From assembly GCF_009914755.1 (NCBI RefSeq), contig NC_060935.1: DNA of 64,000 nt; one strand, written 5' to 3'. The position numbers and the translations under genes are program-made. Shown piece after piece: positions 46,630 through 61,004 of the stretch. The stretch comes from the human T2T-CHM13v2.0 reference genome, Homo sapiens. Each line of letters opens with the position of its first letter. Position 1 is the stretch's first letter. The notes under the pieces are model-generated. The model saw only the letters and a list, made by a program, of their open reading frames with translations, was not told the origin of the DNA and ran no database searches.

Positions 46630-47697
46630 TGTAGATCCCATGAGCAGCACAAGGTCAGAGATAACCAGCACCATGCACAGTTGTGTCTTTCCATGATGTC
46701 TGACTTTTATTGGTGCCATCTCAATCATAAAAGCCTCAAGCTACATGGATTTCCCAAGGAGGCAATTCTCCTTAGTACTTCCCATTCACTTGGTAGTCAG
46801 AGCTGCAGGCACAGAGCCTGACAAGCCATTCCAAAAGTCAGTCAATATTGCAAATCCTACATAATAGTACACTTAATCAATATATAAATGTTATAGATTA
46901 AACGTTCTATAGCAAACAAAGTAATATTTAACATCAAGAAAAAGGGGATAGGAAAAGAGGTTAACAAACCAAGCAATGTAGACAAAAAGAATTTCCTTGT
47001 CTGGGCCAGGTGGTCCATTGGTCTTGCAAGAAAGCGTCTTTGATGTGGGCAGAGCCTTTGGTGGCAGATTCCAGGTGCTTATCACAAGTGACAACAAGAC
47101 AGTGTCTGTTAAGACAGCTGATTGGAGCTGCTGAAGTCCTGTTCTTTTTATGGCCACAGAGTCCTCTGGTGAGGACTGATAGAGGAGGCATGTGCTTGGT
47201 TATGTCCTTATCTGATTGGATGAAGTATGTATGTATGTATGTATGTATGTATGTATGTATGTATGTATGTATGTAGGTATATATTTATTTATTTTTGAGA
47301 CAGAGTCTCACTATATTGCCCAGGCTGGAGGGCAGTGGTGAGATCTCAGCTCATTGCAGCCTCTGATTCCCAGGTTCAAGTGAGTCTTGTGCCTCAGCCT
47401 GCTGAGTAGCTGGAATTACAGGCACCAGCCACCAAGTGTGGCTAATTTTTATATTTTTAGTAGAGGTAGGGGTTTGCCATGTTGACCAGGCTGGTCTCGA
47501 ACTCCTGACCTCAGGTTATCTGCCCGCCTCGGCCTCCCAGAATGCTGGGATTACAGGCATGAGTCACCACACCTGGCCTGGATGCAGTTTTTATTGATCA
47601 GGCAAAACATCTGGTCTCAGCTGACAAAGTGCCTTATGAAATGTAAAGTAGATCTTTTTCTAAGATGGAGTTACTGATGTCAAGGGTGCACTATACA
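46630..47697 (-). mobile_element. Solo LTR (probably ERVL class, LTR53/MER54-like; family uncertain), interrupted by an Alu
   Basis: It has TG..CA ends, and the minus strand starts TGTATAGTGCACCCTTGACATCAGTAACTCCATCTTAG. A poly(A) signal appears as ttttatt at ~46706. Confidence 0.5.
47227..47578 (-). mobile_element. AluS with a tail converted to a (TATG)n microsatellite
   Basis: The Alu body is 47290-47578 and (TATG)~12 lies at 47226-47275. TSD tggatg(a/c)agt lies at 47217 and 47579. Confidence 0.9.
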
Positions 47698-47924
47698 ATA
47701 AATAAGTAGATCCTGAAAGATTTCAGAGGAGAATATGAGATCATATATAAAGGAACAGAAATCAAAATGACATTACCCTTGCCAACAATACTGGAAGCTA
47801 TAAGACAATGCAGCAATGCTTTCATTCTTAGAAAAAATAGTTATCAATCTAAAATAATATCCCCAGCCAAACAATCAATTTTGAGTGCTGAAGAAAGGTA
47901 TTTTTAGGCATCATATGAGAGAGT

Positions 47925-48200
47925 GTTATAATAATGATCCCAAAGAACCATACATCTCTGTATCCACACCACTTTGCAATGGGACTTTGCTGTTTATCCC
48001 AGTGGGGTGGGGGGTGGTTCCTATTTCTTCACCCTTTTGACCTTGGTTGGCCTTATGAGTTATTTTGACCAATAAGACAAGAAAGAAGGGACATTGTGTG
48101 AGTTCCACAGCTGAGGCTCTAAGAAGTCTCGAAACTTCTCCTCTCACCTTCTTGGAACCCTGAGACCACCATGGTCTGAGAAGCCAGTGGAGGATGAGAC
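47925..48200 (+). mobile_element. MLT1-type MaLR LTR fragment
   Basis: ccacaccactttgcaatgggactttgctg..ttggccttatgagttattttgaccaataag resembles an MLT1 LTR. Confidence 0.55.
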
Positions 48201-48864
48201 ATGTCTAAAACTCATACATCAAAATGCAGCAATATAAAGGGAAGTTCTTAAAGCAGCTGAATACTAATCTCTATTTGACTGTCTTTTCCTTTAGAATTGT
48301 TTATATATTTAGGGTGTGAGATTTTTGTTATATTTTGCAAATATTTTCATTATAGCTCCTCTTTTAACTTTGTGGCATTTTTTAAATAATACACAAGTTT
48401 TTTTTATTTTTTGGAGGTGTTTTTATGCTTTTGAGGTTTTGTTTCTTGATTAAGAAGGACTTCTCTCATGCAACGGTTTAATCTTATTTTTTTTAAAAAA
48501 GCAAAACAAAGGAAAAAAAAAGCTAACAGTATAAGCAACTGGTTGGTGCAATATGGTGGTAGCTATCAAAGAGAGAGCCAGGAGTCTAAAGTAGTTGTCT
48601 GTAAGGAGTGGTCTGGAGAGGAGAGCCAGGCAGGGACTTGCTGCTTTTCTGTTATACCTCTTTTTTCCTAGCATTCCAACCTGAAAACTGAACTAATAAA
48701 GAGTGTCCTGAATCCGACCACTTACTATCCTCACCTCCACTGGTCTGCACGAGTCTGTCATTTCTTCCCTAAATGACCACAAAAGCTGGCCCACTGGTGT
48801 CCTGCATCTGTTTTCCACCTTTGCCCATTTCAGTTATCTATTGCTGTGAAATAAACCACTTACA

Positions 48865-48899
48865 AAAACAAACAAACAAACAAACAAACAAACAAACAA
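48865..48899. repeat. (CAAA)n microsatellite
   Basis: aaaacaaacaaacaaacaaacaaacaaacaaacaa is seen directly. Confidence 0.9.
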
Positions 48900-49984
48900 G
48901 AATGTGTAGAAAGAAGGACCTGTCTATGATAGCCAGAAATTTTGCTCAGGAAGTTTTGAAGACCTAGTTCATATTGGAGTTCACAAGTTTTTGGCATCCC
49001 CTTAGTGTATAATTGTATAATTTTCTTCAGTATTGCCTTACAACTTAGGTAAAGGGAAAAAGAAGATGGTTTATAAATTTATGGCTTAAATTTGTCAGTT
49101 ACCGTAGTGAGCTACACCAAAGCTGAAAAAGGCTCTATTTAGACTTGATTGTGTAAGGATTGGTATTTACCCATTCTATGCTATTTGAGAATCAAGATAA
49201 TTGCAAATGTTACGTTAACTGTTATAAGTCCTTTAAAAGATAAAGTTAGTTGTGTCATTAGTCAGCATAAGCTGCATTTTGCTGTGGTAACATATGAATT
49301 CTGAACTCTCAGTGGTTTAACACATACAGTTTTATTTCCTGTTCAAGCCAAATCTGCTGAGCTGTGGGTTGGGTGATCCTCTAGGGAACTGTTCTCCATG
49401 TAGTTACTCAGCAATCCAGACTGTTGCTTCTGTATAGCTGTTTCATATCAGTTTGTGTCTCCCAGGTTTGCTGCAGCAGAGAAAAATAAAGCTGGGGAGT
49501 AGCTTGCTGGCTCCTAAATGGTTATGCCTCAATGTGACATATATCACTTCTGCAAATGTGGCTCTCCTTAAAAAGGAGTGGGCTGGAAAACATAGTGGTA
49601 GCACATAGATATTTCATGACCAGAAAATGGGTTAGCCACAATTAAGAAAAACTCATCTCCTTGGAATAAATTGTTTACTAAACTGTTGAATATTAATTTG
49701 TATGTAATATATACTTAACATAAGAGTTAAGCATAGTTGTTTAGTCCTGTGGGTTAATTCAGTTCTTACGAAGGTAGAAGTGAAGTTGCTGAGATTTATA
49801 GGACTTCTGGCCTGGCTCTGGTCTAGATCTTTTTAAAAATCTGGATTATTTTTCTTAGGATTGCACTGTATCCACATCTCAAATTACTTCCCATCTCAAT
49901 GGTCTGCAGCTGGGCTACAATTCTTTATTCAAATTTGAATGTGCAGAATTTCTGCCTTAATTACTCACATGTCACTAATTCTCT

Positions 49985-50279
49985 TTTTTTCATTTTTTGA
50001 GATGGAGTCTCACTGTGTTGCCCAGCCTGGAGTGCAGTGGCACAATCTTGGTTCACCGCATCCTCTGCTCCCCGGGTTCAAGTGATTTTCGTGCCTCAGC
50101 CTCCAGAGTAGCTGGGATTACAGGCATGGCCACCACGCCCAGCTAATTTTTCTATTTTTAGTAGAGATGGGATATTACCATGTTTGCCAGGCTGGCCTCA
50201 AACTCCTGGCCTCTAGTGATCTGCCTGCCTCTGCCTCCCAAAGTGTTGGCATTACAGGCATGAGCCACCACACCCAGCC
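49985..50279 (-). mobile_element. Alu (S/J)
   Basis: Antisense Alu dimer with TSD ac(t/c)aattctctttt. Confidence 0.9.
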
Positions 50280-51072
50280 ACCAATTCTCTTTTGGGTCAG
50301 CTACTTTGTTTCTATTAGCTAAGGCACAAATCCATCCAATAAAAGCCATTTTTGAGGTGAAGTGGTGTATAGGATATTTTCGACAGAAAAAAAGTGCTTC
50401 ACAAAATATCTTCTACCTGAGAAATAATGTCCAAGATTGTTCTATGATTGTACCTGGATGAATTTTCTACACCTCTTTGGCTGTAGACAGAGAAAATAAT
50501 TTATTCTGGAGACAGCCAGATTATACTGTAAATGATCACCCCTGGAGTTGTGAACACAACAGCATTAATTTTGGATGAGTGCTGCTTTAACGACTCTCAT
50601 TCCTCAAAACCCAATCGTTTCTCACCTATCTCTCTCACAATAATAGTTCTACTTCGATTTTATTAGTTGGGATTAAAACTATGCATTTTCAACAAAAGAT
50701 TTAGCCATTAGGTCTTTTTGTTTATTTTAATTATTTGGCCTGTTAGTTATATACTCTATACCGAAGCTTTGCAGATAATTATTCTACTAAACACATAAAC
50801 TCATGGGTTTTCCATACACTGTAACATTTTTATGTTGACTAGCAATGTCCCCCTGATTAATAATTTGTAAATGTGAAGAAGTTTCAAATTGGCAGAAACA
50901 TTAGTCATCATTTAATCAGATATTGATCTTTTATGAAAAGGCATCATTAAAGATTCCAGAAAATGAGGGGAATAAAATATACTTAAACTCACTATTCTGA
51001 CCTCAAGACCTTTACCCTTTTCAGTAGTCATACCTGTTGTTAAAATATGAGTAGGTTCTGTGTTTATCTTCT

Positions 51073-52053
51073 CTAATCACACAAATTGTTACCCCAGATT
51101 ATTTGGCTCCAGAGCTGCTTCATGGCATTTTTCACCTCTGTGTTTCTGAGGGTGTAGATTAAAGGGTTTAACATGGGTGTTACCACAGTATAAAACACAG
51201 ACACAGCTTTATCAATAGGGAAGGTGATCATGGGTCGAAGGTACACCAATATACAGGGAACAAAGAATAGGACGACTACAGTGATATGGAAGGCGCAGGT
51301 AGAGAGAGCCCTCCGCTGTGAGCAGAGGATTAGGACGTAAGAGGTAATAAGAATAGAAAAAATGAGCATACACATCAGCCCACTGTTGGCGGCAACAAAG
51401 AGTCCAAAGACGTGAGTGTCAGTGCAGGAGAGTTTTAGCAGAGGGAAAAGGTCACAGATGAAATGGTCAATGACATTGGGGCCACAGAAGGGCAGCCAGA
51501 CTATTAAAAGCATTTGAATCAGAGCGTGAAGAAATCCCCCGACCCATGCCATGGCCACCAGGAGGCCACATACCTGCCTGTTCATTGTGATCAGGTAGTA
51601 CAGGGGCTTGCAGATGGCCACATAGCAGTCATAGGCCATCACCACGAGCAGAATGATCTCAACTCCCCCAAAGAAATGTTCTACAAAGAGCTGGGTCATG
51701 CACCCACTGAAGGAAATAGTTTTCTTTTCAGTGAGTAAGTCAAATATCATTTTGGGGGCCATGGTAGAAGAGGAGCAGCCATCTATGAAGGAAAAGAAAG
51801 ACAGAAAAAAATACACGGGGGAGTCCAGGGCTGGGCTGGTGGTGATTGTCACCACAATGATTAGGTTGTCTACCATGGTGAGAAAGTAGATGAGTGTAAA
51901 CACAGCAAACAAGAGTTTCTGTGCCTCTGCGTTCTGTGTCAGGCCAAGCAAGATGAATTCCGTTATGTTGTTCACTTGCTCGAAATCCAGTTTGGTATTT
52001 GGATAATTGATTTTTCTGTGAATAGCACAAGGATTGCAATTTGACACATACAT
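51073..52053 (-). CDS. OR4C5: Olfactory receptor family 4 subfamily C member 5 (326 aa from MYVSNCN; gene/pseudogene status doubtful)
   Basis: An open 7TM frame with [42 protein letters not shown] and [12 protein letters not shown]. It lacks Met at the canonical position and lacks ~8 aa in ICL3. Confidence 0.85.
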   Translation of the reverse strand: MYVSNCNPCAIHRKINYPNTKLDFEQVNNITEFILLGLTQNAEAQKLLFAVFTLIYFLTMVDNLIIVVTITTSPALDSPVYFFLSFFSFIDGCSSSTMAPKMIFDLLTEKKTISFSGCMTQLFVEHFFGGVEIILLVVMAYDCYVAICKPLYYLITMNRQVCGLLVAMAWVGGFLHALIQMLLIVWLPFCGPNVIDHFICDLFPLLKLSCTDTHVFGLFVAANSGLMCMLIFSILITSYVLILCSQRRALSTCAFHITVVVLFFVPCILVYLRPMITFPIDKAVSVFYTVVTPMLNPLIYTLRNTEVKNAMKQLWSQIIWGNNLCD

Positions 52054-55000
52054 TTTGAACAATAAAATAATTTTGGTCAGGATTATTTTCTGTAACACTG
52101 ATGGAATCCCTAAATCTATAAACCCAAGACTAAGTTGAGCTATGTTATTCATGACATAATGAACACAGATACCTCTTCTCTCTCATACAGAGACACACAC
52201 AGACACAGAAAAACACATACACACATTCATTTATGTACACAAACATGATTTTATGATGTTGACATGTCAGGCATTTTTCCTATGATTGTACATGGATGGA
52301 TATTCTCTCAATCACCCTTACAGCATTTTTTTCCCCATAGAAAAACAGCAGTAAAAAGAGGAGGAGCAGAGGCTTGAATTCCTGTCAATTTCCTAGTTTC
52401 TTTTTTTTTTCGTTTTTTTTTTTTTTTTTTAACCACTCATGTTCATGAGGCTACGGTGCAGAGTTTGTTATTCTGGTTATTTTTAACTTGTTTCAGGGTA
52501 ACTATAAAACATCAGGTGAGTTCACTTTGAAATTAAGGATGATGCCACCACATTTCAGAATCAACTGAACTGAGTGAATGTTTGAGGCTGCAGTAAGATA
52601 CTCCATGGCAGTTAGATTTGAGAATTTATGCCACATCCAAACAGAATTGTCTAAGAATACAATCAAACACTTCTGGAAGCATATCCTGGAAGAGGATAAA
52701 ACAGCATGATGCAAGGCAGCATTCCCCAGATGTATCTGAAACTTTAGAATTCACTTGGAGAACTGTCATGTTTAGAATTCAGGGCATTTTGCAAATCAAA
52801 ACCCAATTTAAGGATGACTATGAAAAATTATATGGATCTGTTTAGAAAACATAATTTTAAGGTGAGGGAAAAAAAGCACCATAATTTATTGGACAGAGTG
52901 TTTTTTAGAATCAGATGCCTAATTTTTACATTTTATCTTCACTGACTATTAGCCACATGATATTGTGTACAGATCTTAGTCTCATTGTGCCTAAACTTTT
53001 TCATATATAAAATGGGAAAAATAACAAATGGAATGGAGGAACTAAAGAATATCATGATTAAATATATCAAGCTTTGTATCCTAAAGGTAAACCTATAGCT
53101 TACCATGTACTCCACATCTTGATAAAGAACACAAGTAAACAAAATTTTGCATATAATTATTTTTATCTTTAAGTTATTTATCATTGTAATATTAAGAGAG
53201 AAAATAAATGAACTCAGTACTCAACTCAAGGTAAATAACAAGCAATTATATTCAGAAAAAAAGGTGTAACACAGAAAGACATCAGGCAATAAAAAATTAG
53301 ACTTGATAACTAAATTAAAAAGCTTTTTGATATTTTAAAAATACAAAGAAAACTGAAGAATAGAAATGAGCTCAATAAGAAACAAATATGGTAATACCAC
53401 CAAAGGATATTATTTGTGAATAATATTTAGAAAGGTATTATGTGTAGCTCATAAAAGATTTTAAAATAACTAGATAGGTGTTTTTCAAAACGAAATAAGT
53501 CTCTTCTTAATGGAATCATCAAAAAAAGAAAAAAAAGAACCAAAGAAAAAGAGAAAAAAGAATAGCATGTATTAAAGACTTCAGGTAAAACATAGATCTT
53601 TTCAAAACCAAAAAAAAAATCAATATATATTTCATCTGTAGCTAAGAAAGGATATTTTAAAATAAAAATATAATGGTATAAGATACAAAACAAAACTGAT
53701 GAGCTCAGCTACATAAAGGTATGGAACACCTTGGAAAAATAATTGCAACAAGTATGACAACTGTTATTATAAAAGCAGTTAACAAATTAAAATGTTTACT
53801 CACACTATTAAGGTGTGAATTAAGGTGTAAATAAGGGTAAAACTAAGAAAAGATAATTCTCAGAAAAAACATTAGACATCTAAAAAGTCCTCTTTCATAA
53901 GTTACCAAAGAAATGCAATTTTAAAACAGTAAAATACTGATGAATTGGCAAAGATTTATGATAGTTGTGTTATTCAGTGGTGGTGAATGTGTGTTGACAT
54001 AAAACATTCTAGAAAGAAGTTTGACCCCTTATTATAATAAGGGTTTTGTAACTAGTTATGACCCTTGGCACAGTATTCCTTATGTTTAGAAATCTACTCT
54101 AGATAAAAAATATAGACAAAATTATGTATACAAGTTGTATTTCACAATATTTTTATACTAATAAAAAGGTAAAAAACTCCAAATATACATAAAGAGGAAC
54201 AGTTAAATGAATTATAGTTATTCTATGTCAAGTGAACATTAAAGTTATTTGCAAAATAATTAATAATAATTATTTATACAAAAAAATACACTGAGAATTA
54301 ATGGGGTGGAAAGAGTCTTTCAATATAATATTGAGTGGGAAATACAAAATATAAAATAGTTTATATATTATGACCCAAATTGTTTAAAATGCCATATATC
54401 CACTAAAAATATATCTGAAAAAAGTACATGAAGGATAATAATGCTTATATGAATTATGGGATTAAGGGAAATTTTAATGTTCTTTTAAAAAGTTTCTGAT
54501 CTCAGTTTTCTACAGAGAGAATATATTACTTTTGTAGTCAGTAAAATAATTTAATAAAAGTTTTATTATCAAGTCAGGGTCTATAATATCCCTGGTGAAT
54601 GTTTTTCTTAGTGGACTATTTTGGTTATTATTCATAAAAATCTGTAACAGTAGAAACACATGTTTAAATATAACTCACCTGTAAATTGAAGACCCTAGTA
54701 TTATCTTGAGAAAAAATGACTAATAAGGTAAAGAAGTAATGGGGTCATTCAATAGCAAGACATCTTATTTGTAGAGAGCAGTTTGCATGGAGTTAGCATT
54801 CACTGGCTCATCACTAACTGCTGCTTTGCAGATTTCATCCATTTTTAACTTAAGTATTATATATGTTTTCCTCAATTGGTGACTTAAAATGACTGGTAAG
54901 AGAAACTTCCTAAATACAGCTGAGTTCACGGGCTGGATTTATTTTGCTCTGTTGGATCACATCATCCTGTGAGTGTGAGACACAAGCATCTGAGCTCAGA

Positions 55001-55989
55001 AATGAATGTGAATTTCTCTTGTCAGCTTCCAAAGTCTGACTTCGGTTTCCATTAGTCTTCAACAGATATTGATGGGAAAAATACCTAGCCATTGAAGGAC
55101 GTCTTTCTCCAAGTCGCCTTAGAATGCATTTGCCAGGCTTTCTTGGTGACCAGATGAAGGATATTATAAAAATCACTTGATCTGAGGTCTAACCCAATTT
55201 ATAGCCCTGAATATTGAAAACTAAGTTAAAACAGAAAAATTTGGGATTGCAAGCGCAATGAAATCAGCAACAAATCAATGTTGTCTTGAAGTAGCAAGTC
55301 TCTATTTTAAATCACTTATTTTAACCCCCTTTTTTTTTTTTTGGTAAGCACGTGCTCAGGCTGGAGACAGCTCCTTTGGTCCTGGGAAGTCTGGATCCAA
55401 ATTTGGAAATTCAGAACGAAACAGCATCTGTGATTTGTGGCTGGTTATGCTTATGTGGTCTTCCTGGGTCAGAAATCCTGAGTCTGTCCTTATCAAGATT
55501 TTCAGATGTGGATTCAGGAAAATATTTAATGGATATTATTCAAGTGCGAGGAGTTAGGAATGCTCTGACATCTCCCAGAAGATTAGAATTAGCATCAGCC
55601 AAGGTGGTAGCCAAACCAATTTATCCTGTTCTTTCTCTTGTGACCATGACATCTGTGACCAAAAGGTTGGGGGAAAGCCAGCTAGGCTAGGTTAACAGCC
55701 TTTCTTATGACTGTGGTTACAAAGTGATCTTAAATCCTGAGACCCTAGACCCAGAATGTTCTAGTCATTGGGGGTATGGATCCATGGGCCAATCAGAGCC
55801 TATAAAACAACTCTAATAACACCTGCCCCATAGAGTTATAGGGAGAATTGAGCAAGATAACATGTGAAGATATCTATGTCAGTGAAAAACTGCTATATTA
55901 TTAATACTCTGAAGATAGACACATGTAGGCTAGAGAAACTGCTCTTTAGTATTATAAATCTGAATCATGCTTAAGAGTAAATTACTGAC

Positions 55990-56287
55990 TTTTTTTTTTT
56001 TTTTTGAGATGGAGTTTTGCTCTTTTACCCAGGCTGGTGTGAAGTGGTGCGATCTTGGCTCACTGCAACTTCTGGCCTCTGGGTTTAAGTGATTCTCCTG
56101 CCTCAGCCCCCTGAATAGCTGGGATTATAGGCACCTGCCATCATGCCTGGCTAATTTTTGTATTTTTAGTAGAGATGGAGTTTCGCCATGTTGGCCAAGT
56201 TGGTCTCACACTTCTGACCTCAGGTGATCCACCTGCCTCGGCCTCCCAAAGTGCTAGGATTACAGGCCTGAGCCACTGTGCCCAGCC
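55990..56287 (-). mobile_element. AluSx-type, inserted in a MIR
   Basis: Antisense Alu with ctgacctcaggtgatccacc and TSD tactga(c/t)t. MIR core follows at ~56310-56450. Confidence 0.9.
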
Positions 56288-57748
56288 CCTACTGATTCTT
56301 CTTACTAATTAGGTGACCTTGTTTCCTCAGCCTTGAGTTTCTACATCTGTAAAAAGGGGGGTGATGATAGTTCTTGCCTCCTAGGACTGTTGTGGTGGTT
56401 ACATGAGATAATGCATGTAAAGTACTTAGAATGGTGGTTGGGGAAGCATAAAGGCTTACTGTTATCTGTTATCATTTTCTGTAAAGGAAATCAGAACTCA
56501 TGGTGTGACTGATTCAGGCTTCTGGCAAGAATTGTCTCAACTCATATATATAGTTTGTCTTCTTTACTCTTATGGTTGGTAGGATGTAGAGAGTTCTAGA
56601 AATTAGGAGATAAGAAAAGCCAAATTTTGAAGTATTGAATACTGATTCATAAGTCATAATTATGAAATATTCCTATGAGTGTTTGATCTTCTCTCCAATA
56701 AAACATCTGACAATGAAGTGATGATTCCCTGAAATGGTTACAGGAGATAAAGGAAATGAGGATACACTGAGAATTAACAAATTATCAGCACTATCACTCT
56801 GCTAAGTTTGGAATCTCATCTAATTCACACCTAGTCCCTGTGAGGAAGGTATTTATTCCATTTTATATGTAAAGAAATTGATGCTCACTCTGCGTATCAT
56901 TTGGCGAAGGTCAAAGAGCAAATAACTGGCAGTTTAAATTTAAATCCAGATTGATTTAATTCTAAGCCTGAGCTCTAACTATTATGCCATTATGTGTGAT
57001 TATGTACTGATTCCATGCTGTGTCTCATCCATTGGGTGTGATGGGAGAGGAGGTGCTGACACATACCAGCTTTGAGTTGCTTAGCAAACTTTGATTCCAC
57101 CACCAATGGCAAGCAGAGAAAATTCCTCCATCAGATAACATGGGCATCAGTAGTTTATAAAAGAGGCATAGAGAAAAGAGAATGCCTCTCATCTTCCTTT
57201 CCTACCTTTGGTCCTCATCCAGGGGAATTGCTTCAGTGCTATCTTGGAAGATTTGATTCTGGAAATTTCCTGATGCCTGTGGAGTGGAAGGGAAGACTGA
57301 ACAGAATTCAGACTTAGGACCAGGGACATCCTCTACATGAATGGGATCTGGTAGGATCTTGGGGAAATAATATACAATAGACATAACCTGGGTATGATTT
57401 CAAATGCTTCTATTTACCATATGGCTCTATGCTTGCCACTTAAGATCCCTTAACATACTTGAGCCTGTAAAACAGCCTTAAATAAAGGTTATTGGGGAGA
57501 ATACCAAAAGACAGCATGTGAAATCCATCTAGTGCATTATGAATGGAAAATATTTGGAAAGTATTTTCTGAACTAAATTGAGAGAGAGATGTTTGCATTT
57601 TCTACTGCTGCTATAATGTTGGCTGTCTTTATTAACTACTGGCCAAGCTGTGTGATTTTGGGGAAGTTACTCAACTTCTCTGTACCTCAGTTTCCTCTTG
57701 TGCAAAACAGAGATAATATTACTACATGGAGTTGCATGAGAACCAAAG

Positions 57749-58446
57749 TAGTCACTAAAGGGGGAAATGAGGTTGAGGATAGTTTTTTTTTAAGAGGGGG
57801 AAAATTGATGTTTAAATGCTAGTGGGAAGGAGCTGGGGAGAGACAGAGGGAGAGAGAAAGAAAGAAAAGTTAAAGACACAAGAGGGCGGGAAGTATTCAA
57901 TAAAGGCCTGTTGGATGGGTAGACAGTGATTTACCCACAGAGAAGTGATTTTCTATCTTCTTCCTCTTTAATAAAAATCCGTTTTGTTCTGGTGTGAGGT
58001 GGTCATATGTTTGGAGCAAAGTGGAGTCCATCCAGGCCACAGGTGTGACTCAGGATTAGTTGAAACCAGTTATAATAATGCAAATAGTCACTATATTATT
58101 TGCAATCATGCAAATTAGTCACTGAAGGGGGAAGTGGGGTTGAGGATAGTTTTTTTTTTTAAGGGGGGGAAAATTGATGTTTAAATGCTAGTGGGAAGAA
58201 GCTAGGGAGAGACAGAGAGAGAAAGAAAGAGAAGTTAAAGATACAAGAGGGTAGGAAGTAATCAATAAAGGCCTGTTGGATGGGTAGGCAGTTATTTACC
58301 CACAGAGAAGCTATTTTCTATCTTATCCAGCTTTAATAGAAATCCATTATGTTCTGGTGTGAGGTGGTCATGTGTTTGGGACAAAGTGGAGTCCATCCAG
58401 GCCATAGGTGTGAATCAGGATTAGCTGAAACCATTTATAATAATGC
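57749..58446. repeat. Tandem duplication of ~333 bp (period ~367) with a 34-bp junction insert
   Basis: tagtcact..ttgaggatagttttttt..gaaacca(g/t)ttataataatgc occurs at 57749-58081 and 58116-58446. Confidence 0.92.
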
Positions 58447-58784
58447 TCTTCACTTTCCAGTGATTTACATAGGCATGTGACACAATTCCAGCCCATGAGA
58501 CAAGAAAGAAAAACTGCTGGAGAGCTTCCGTGTGATGCTTCTCTGATCCTAAAAAGGGAGTCATGAGGAAAAATGTCTCTTCTGAACAATGCCTTCTGCA
58601 AAAGATATGGAATTACTAATTAGTGGTAACCACTGGCATTTTGGACTGGGGAGTTTCCTGAAACAGCTAAAAAGTACACACTTATTTGAAAAGTGATTGC
58701 TCATTTATTATTGGACTTCAGTTGAAACTGCTTTTATTGCTGAAGGAGATACATTGTTATTATTTTTTTTACTACTTTTTTTCT

Positions 58785-59480
<696 letters not shown>

Positions 59481-59689
59481 ACACACGTTATTTTGAGATG
59501 GGAAATACCCAATGTCTTGAGCTATATCAGATAGTCATCCCAGCAGGTAGGAAAATTAACAAGAGAATTCCATTATAAAAGAGAAATACAAATTCAAAAA
59601 TATGTGAAAGGTGGGAGAACACACTGCATCCATAAACACATGGCTGCTCGGCCTCTGAGCTCCTTGTTTGATGCCCCTGAGGAGTAGCT

Positions 59690-60035
<346 letters not shown>

Positions 60036-60395
60036 TAAAAAGAAATATTAAAATTGGAAAAGAAGAAATCAAACTAATTATTCACAGATGACATGATTTA
60101 TATGTAATGTGAAGGGCTAAACTGAGTTGGAGAGACGGAGCTGAGCTGTCAGGTTTAGAGTAGTCCGTTAAAGCAAAAAGCCAAAAATAAAAGTAACAGT
60201 AAAGCTTTTAATCACTTACTTAAATACTTATAAGCAAGAGGTCAAAACCATAGAAACCACCAACTCCCTTTTGTTCTATTTTTTCCCTGTGGACCAGTGC
60301 ACCAGCTAAGGTTCATATGGATAAGTACAAACGTAGGTTTAATATCACTGCTGAGGGAGCCCCAAACAAAACATTCCCAGCATCCCTCCCTCCTA

Positions 60396-60973
60396 TGAAA
60401 CCCACTTGATCATGGTGGATTATCTTTTAGATATGCTGTTGGATTTGATTAACTAGTATTTTGTTGAGGATTTTTGTATCAGGGATATTTGTAGTTTTTT
60501 TTGTTGTTGTTGTTATGTCCTTCCCCAGTTTTGGTATTAGGGTGATACTGGCTTCATAGAATTATTTAGGGATGTTTCCCTCTTTCTCTATCATGTGGAA
60601 TAGTTTCAGTAAGATTGGTACCAATTATTCTTTGAATGTCTGATAGAATTCAGCTGTGCATCTGGCCGGTCCTAGACTTTTTTTGTTGGCAATTTTTAAA
60701 TACTATTTCAATCTCACTACTTGTTATTGGTCTGTTCAGGGTTTTTATATCTTCTTGGTTTAATCTGGGAGGGTTGTATATTTCCAGGAATTTATCCATC
60801 TCCTCTAGGTTTTCTAGTTTATGCACATAAAGGTGTTCATAGTAGCCTTGAATGATCTTTAGTATTTCTGTGGTATCAGTGGTAATAGCACCTGTTTCGT
60901 TTCTAATTGAGCTTATTTGTATTGTCTCTCTTCTTGGTTAATCTCGCTAACGGTCTATCAATTTTATTTATCC

Positions 60974-61004
<31 letters not shown>

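Noticed and set aside
52054-52152. 359-aa long form of OR4C5
   Set aside because: The extension is AT-rich, non-OR-like sequence upstream of a likely splice acceptor, so it is probably a chance open frame.
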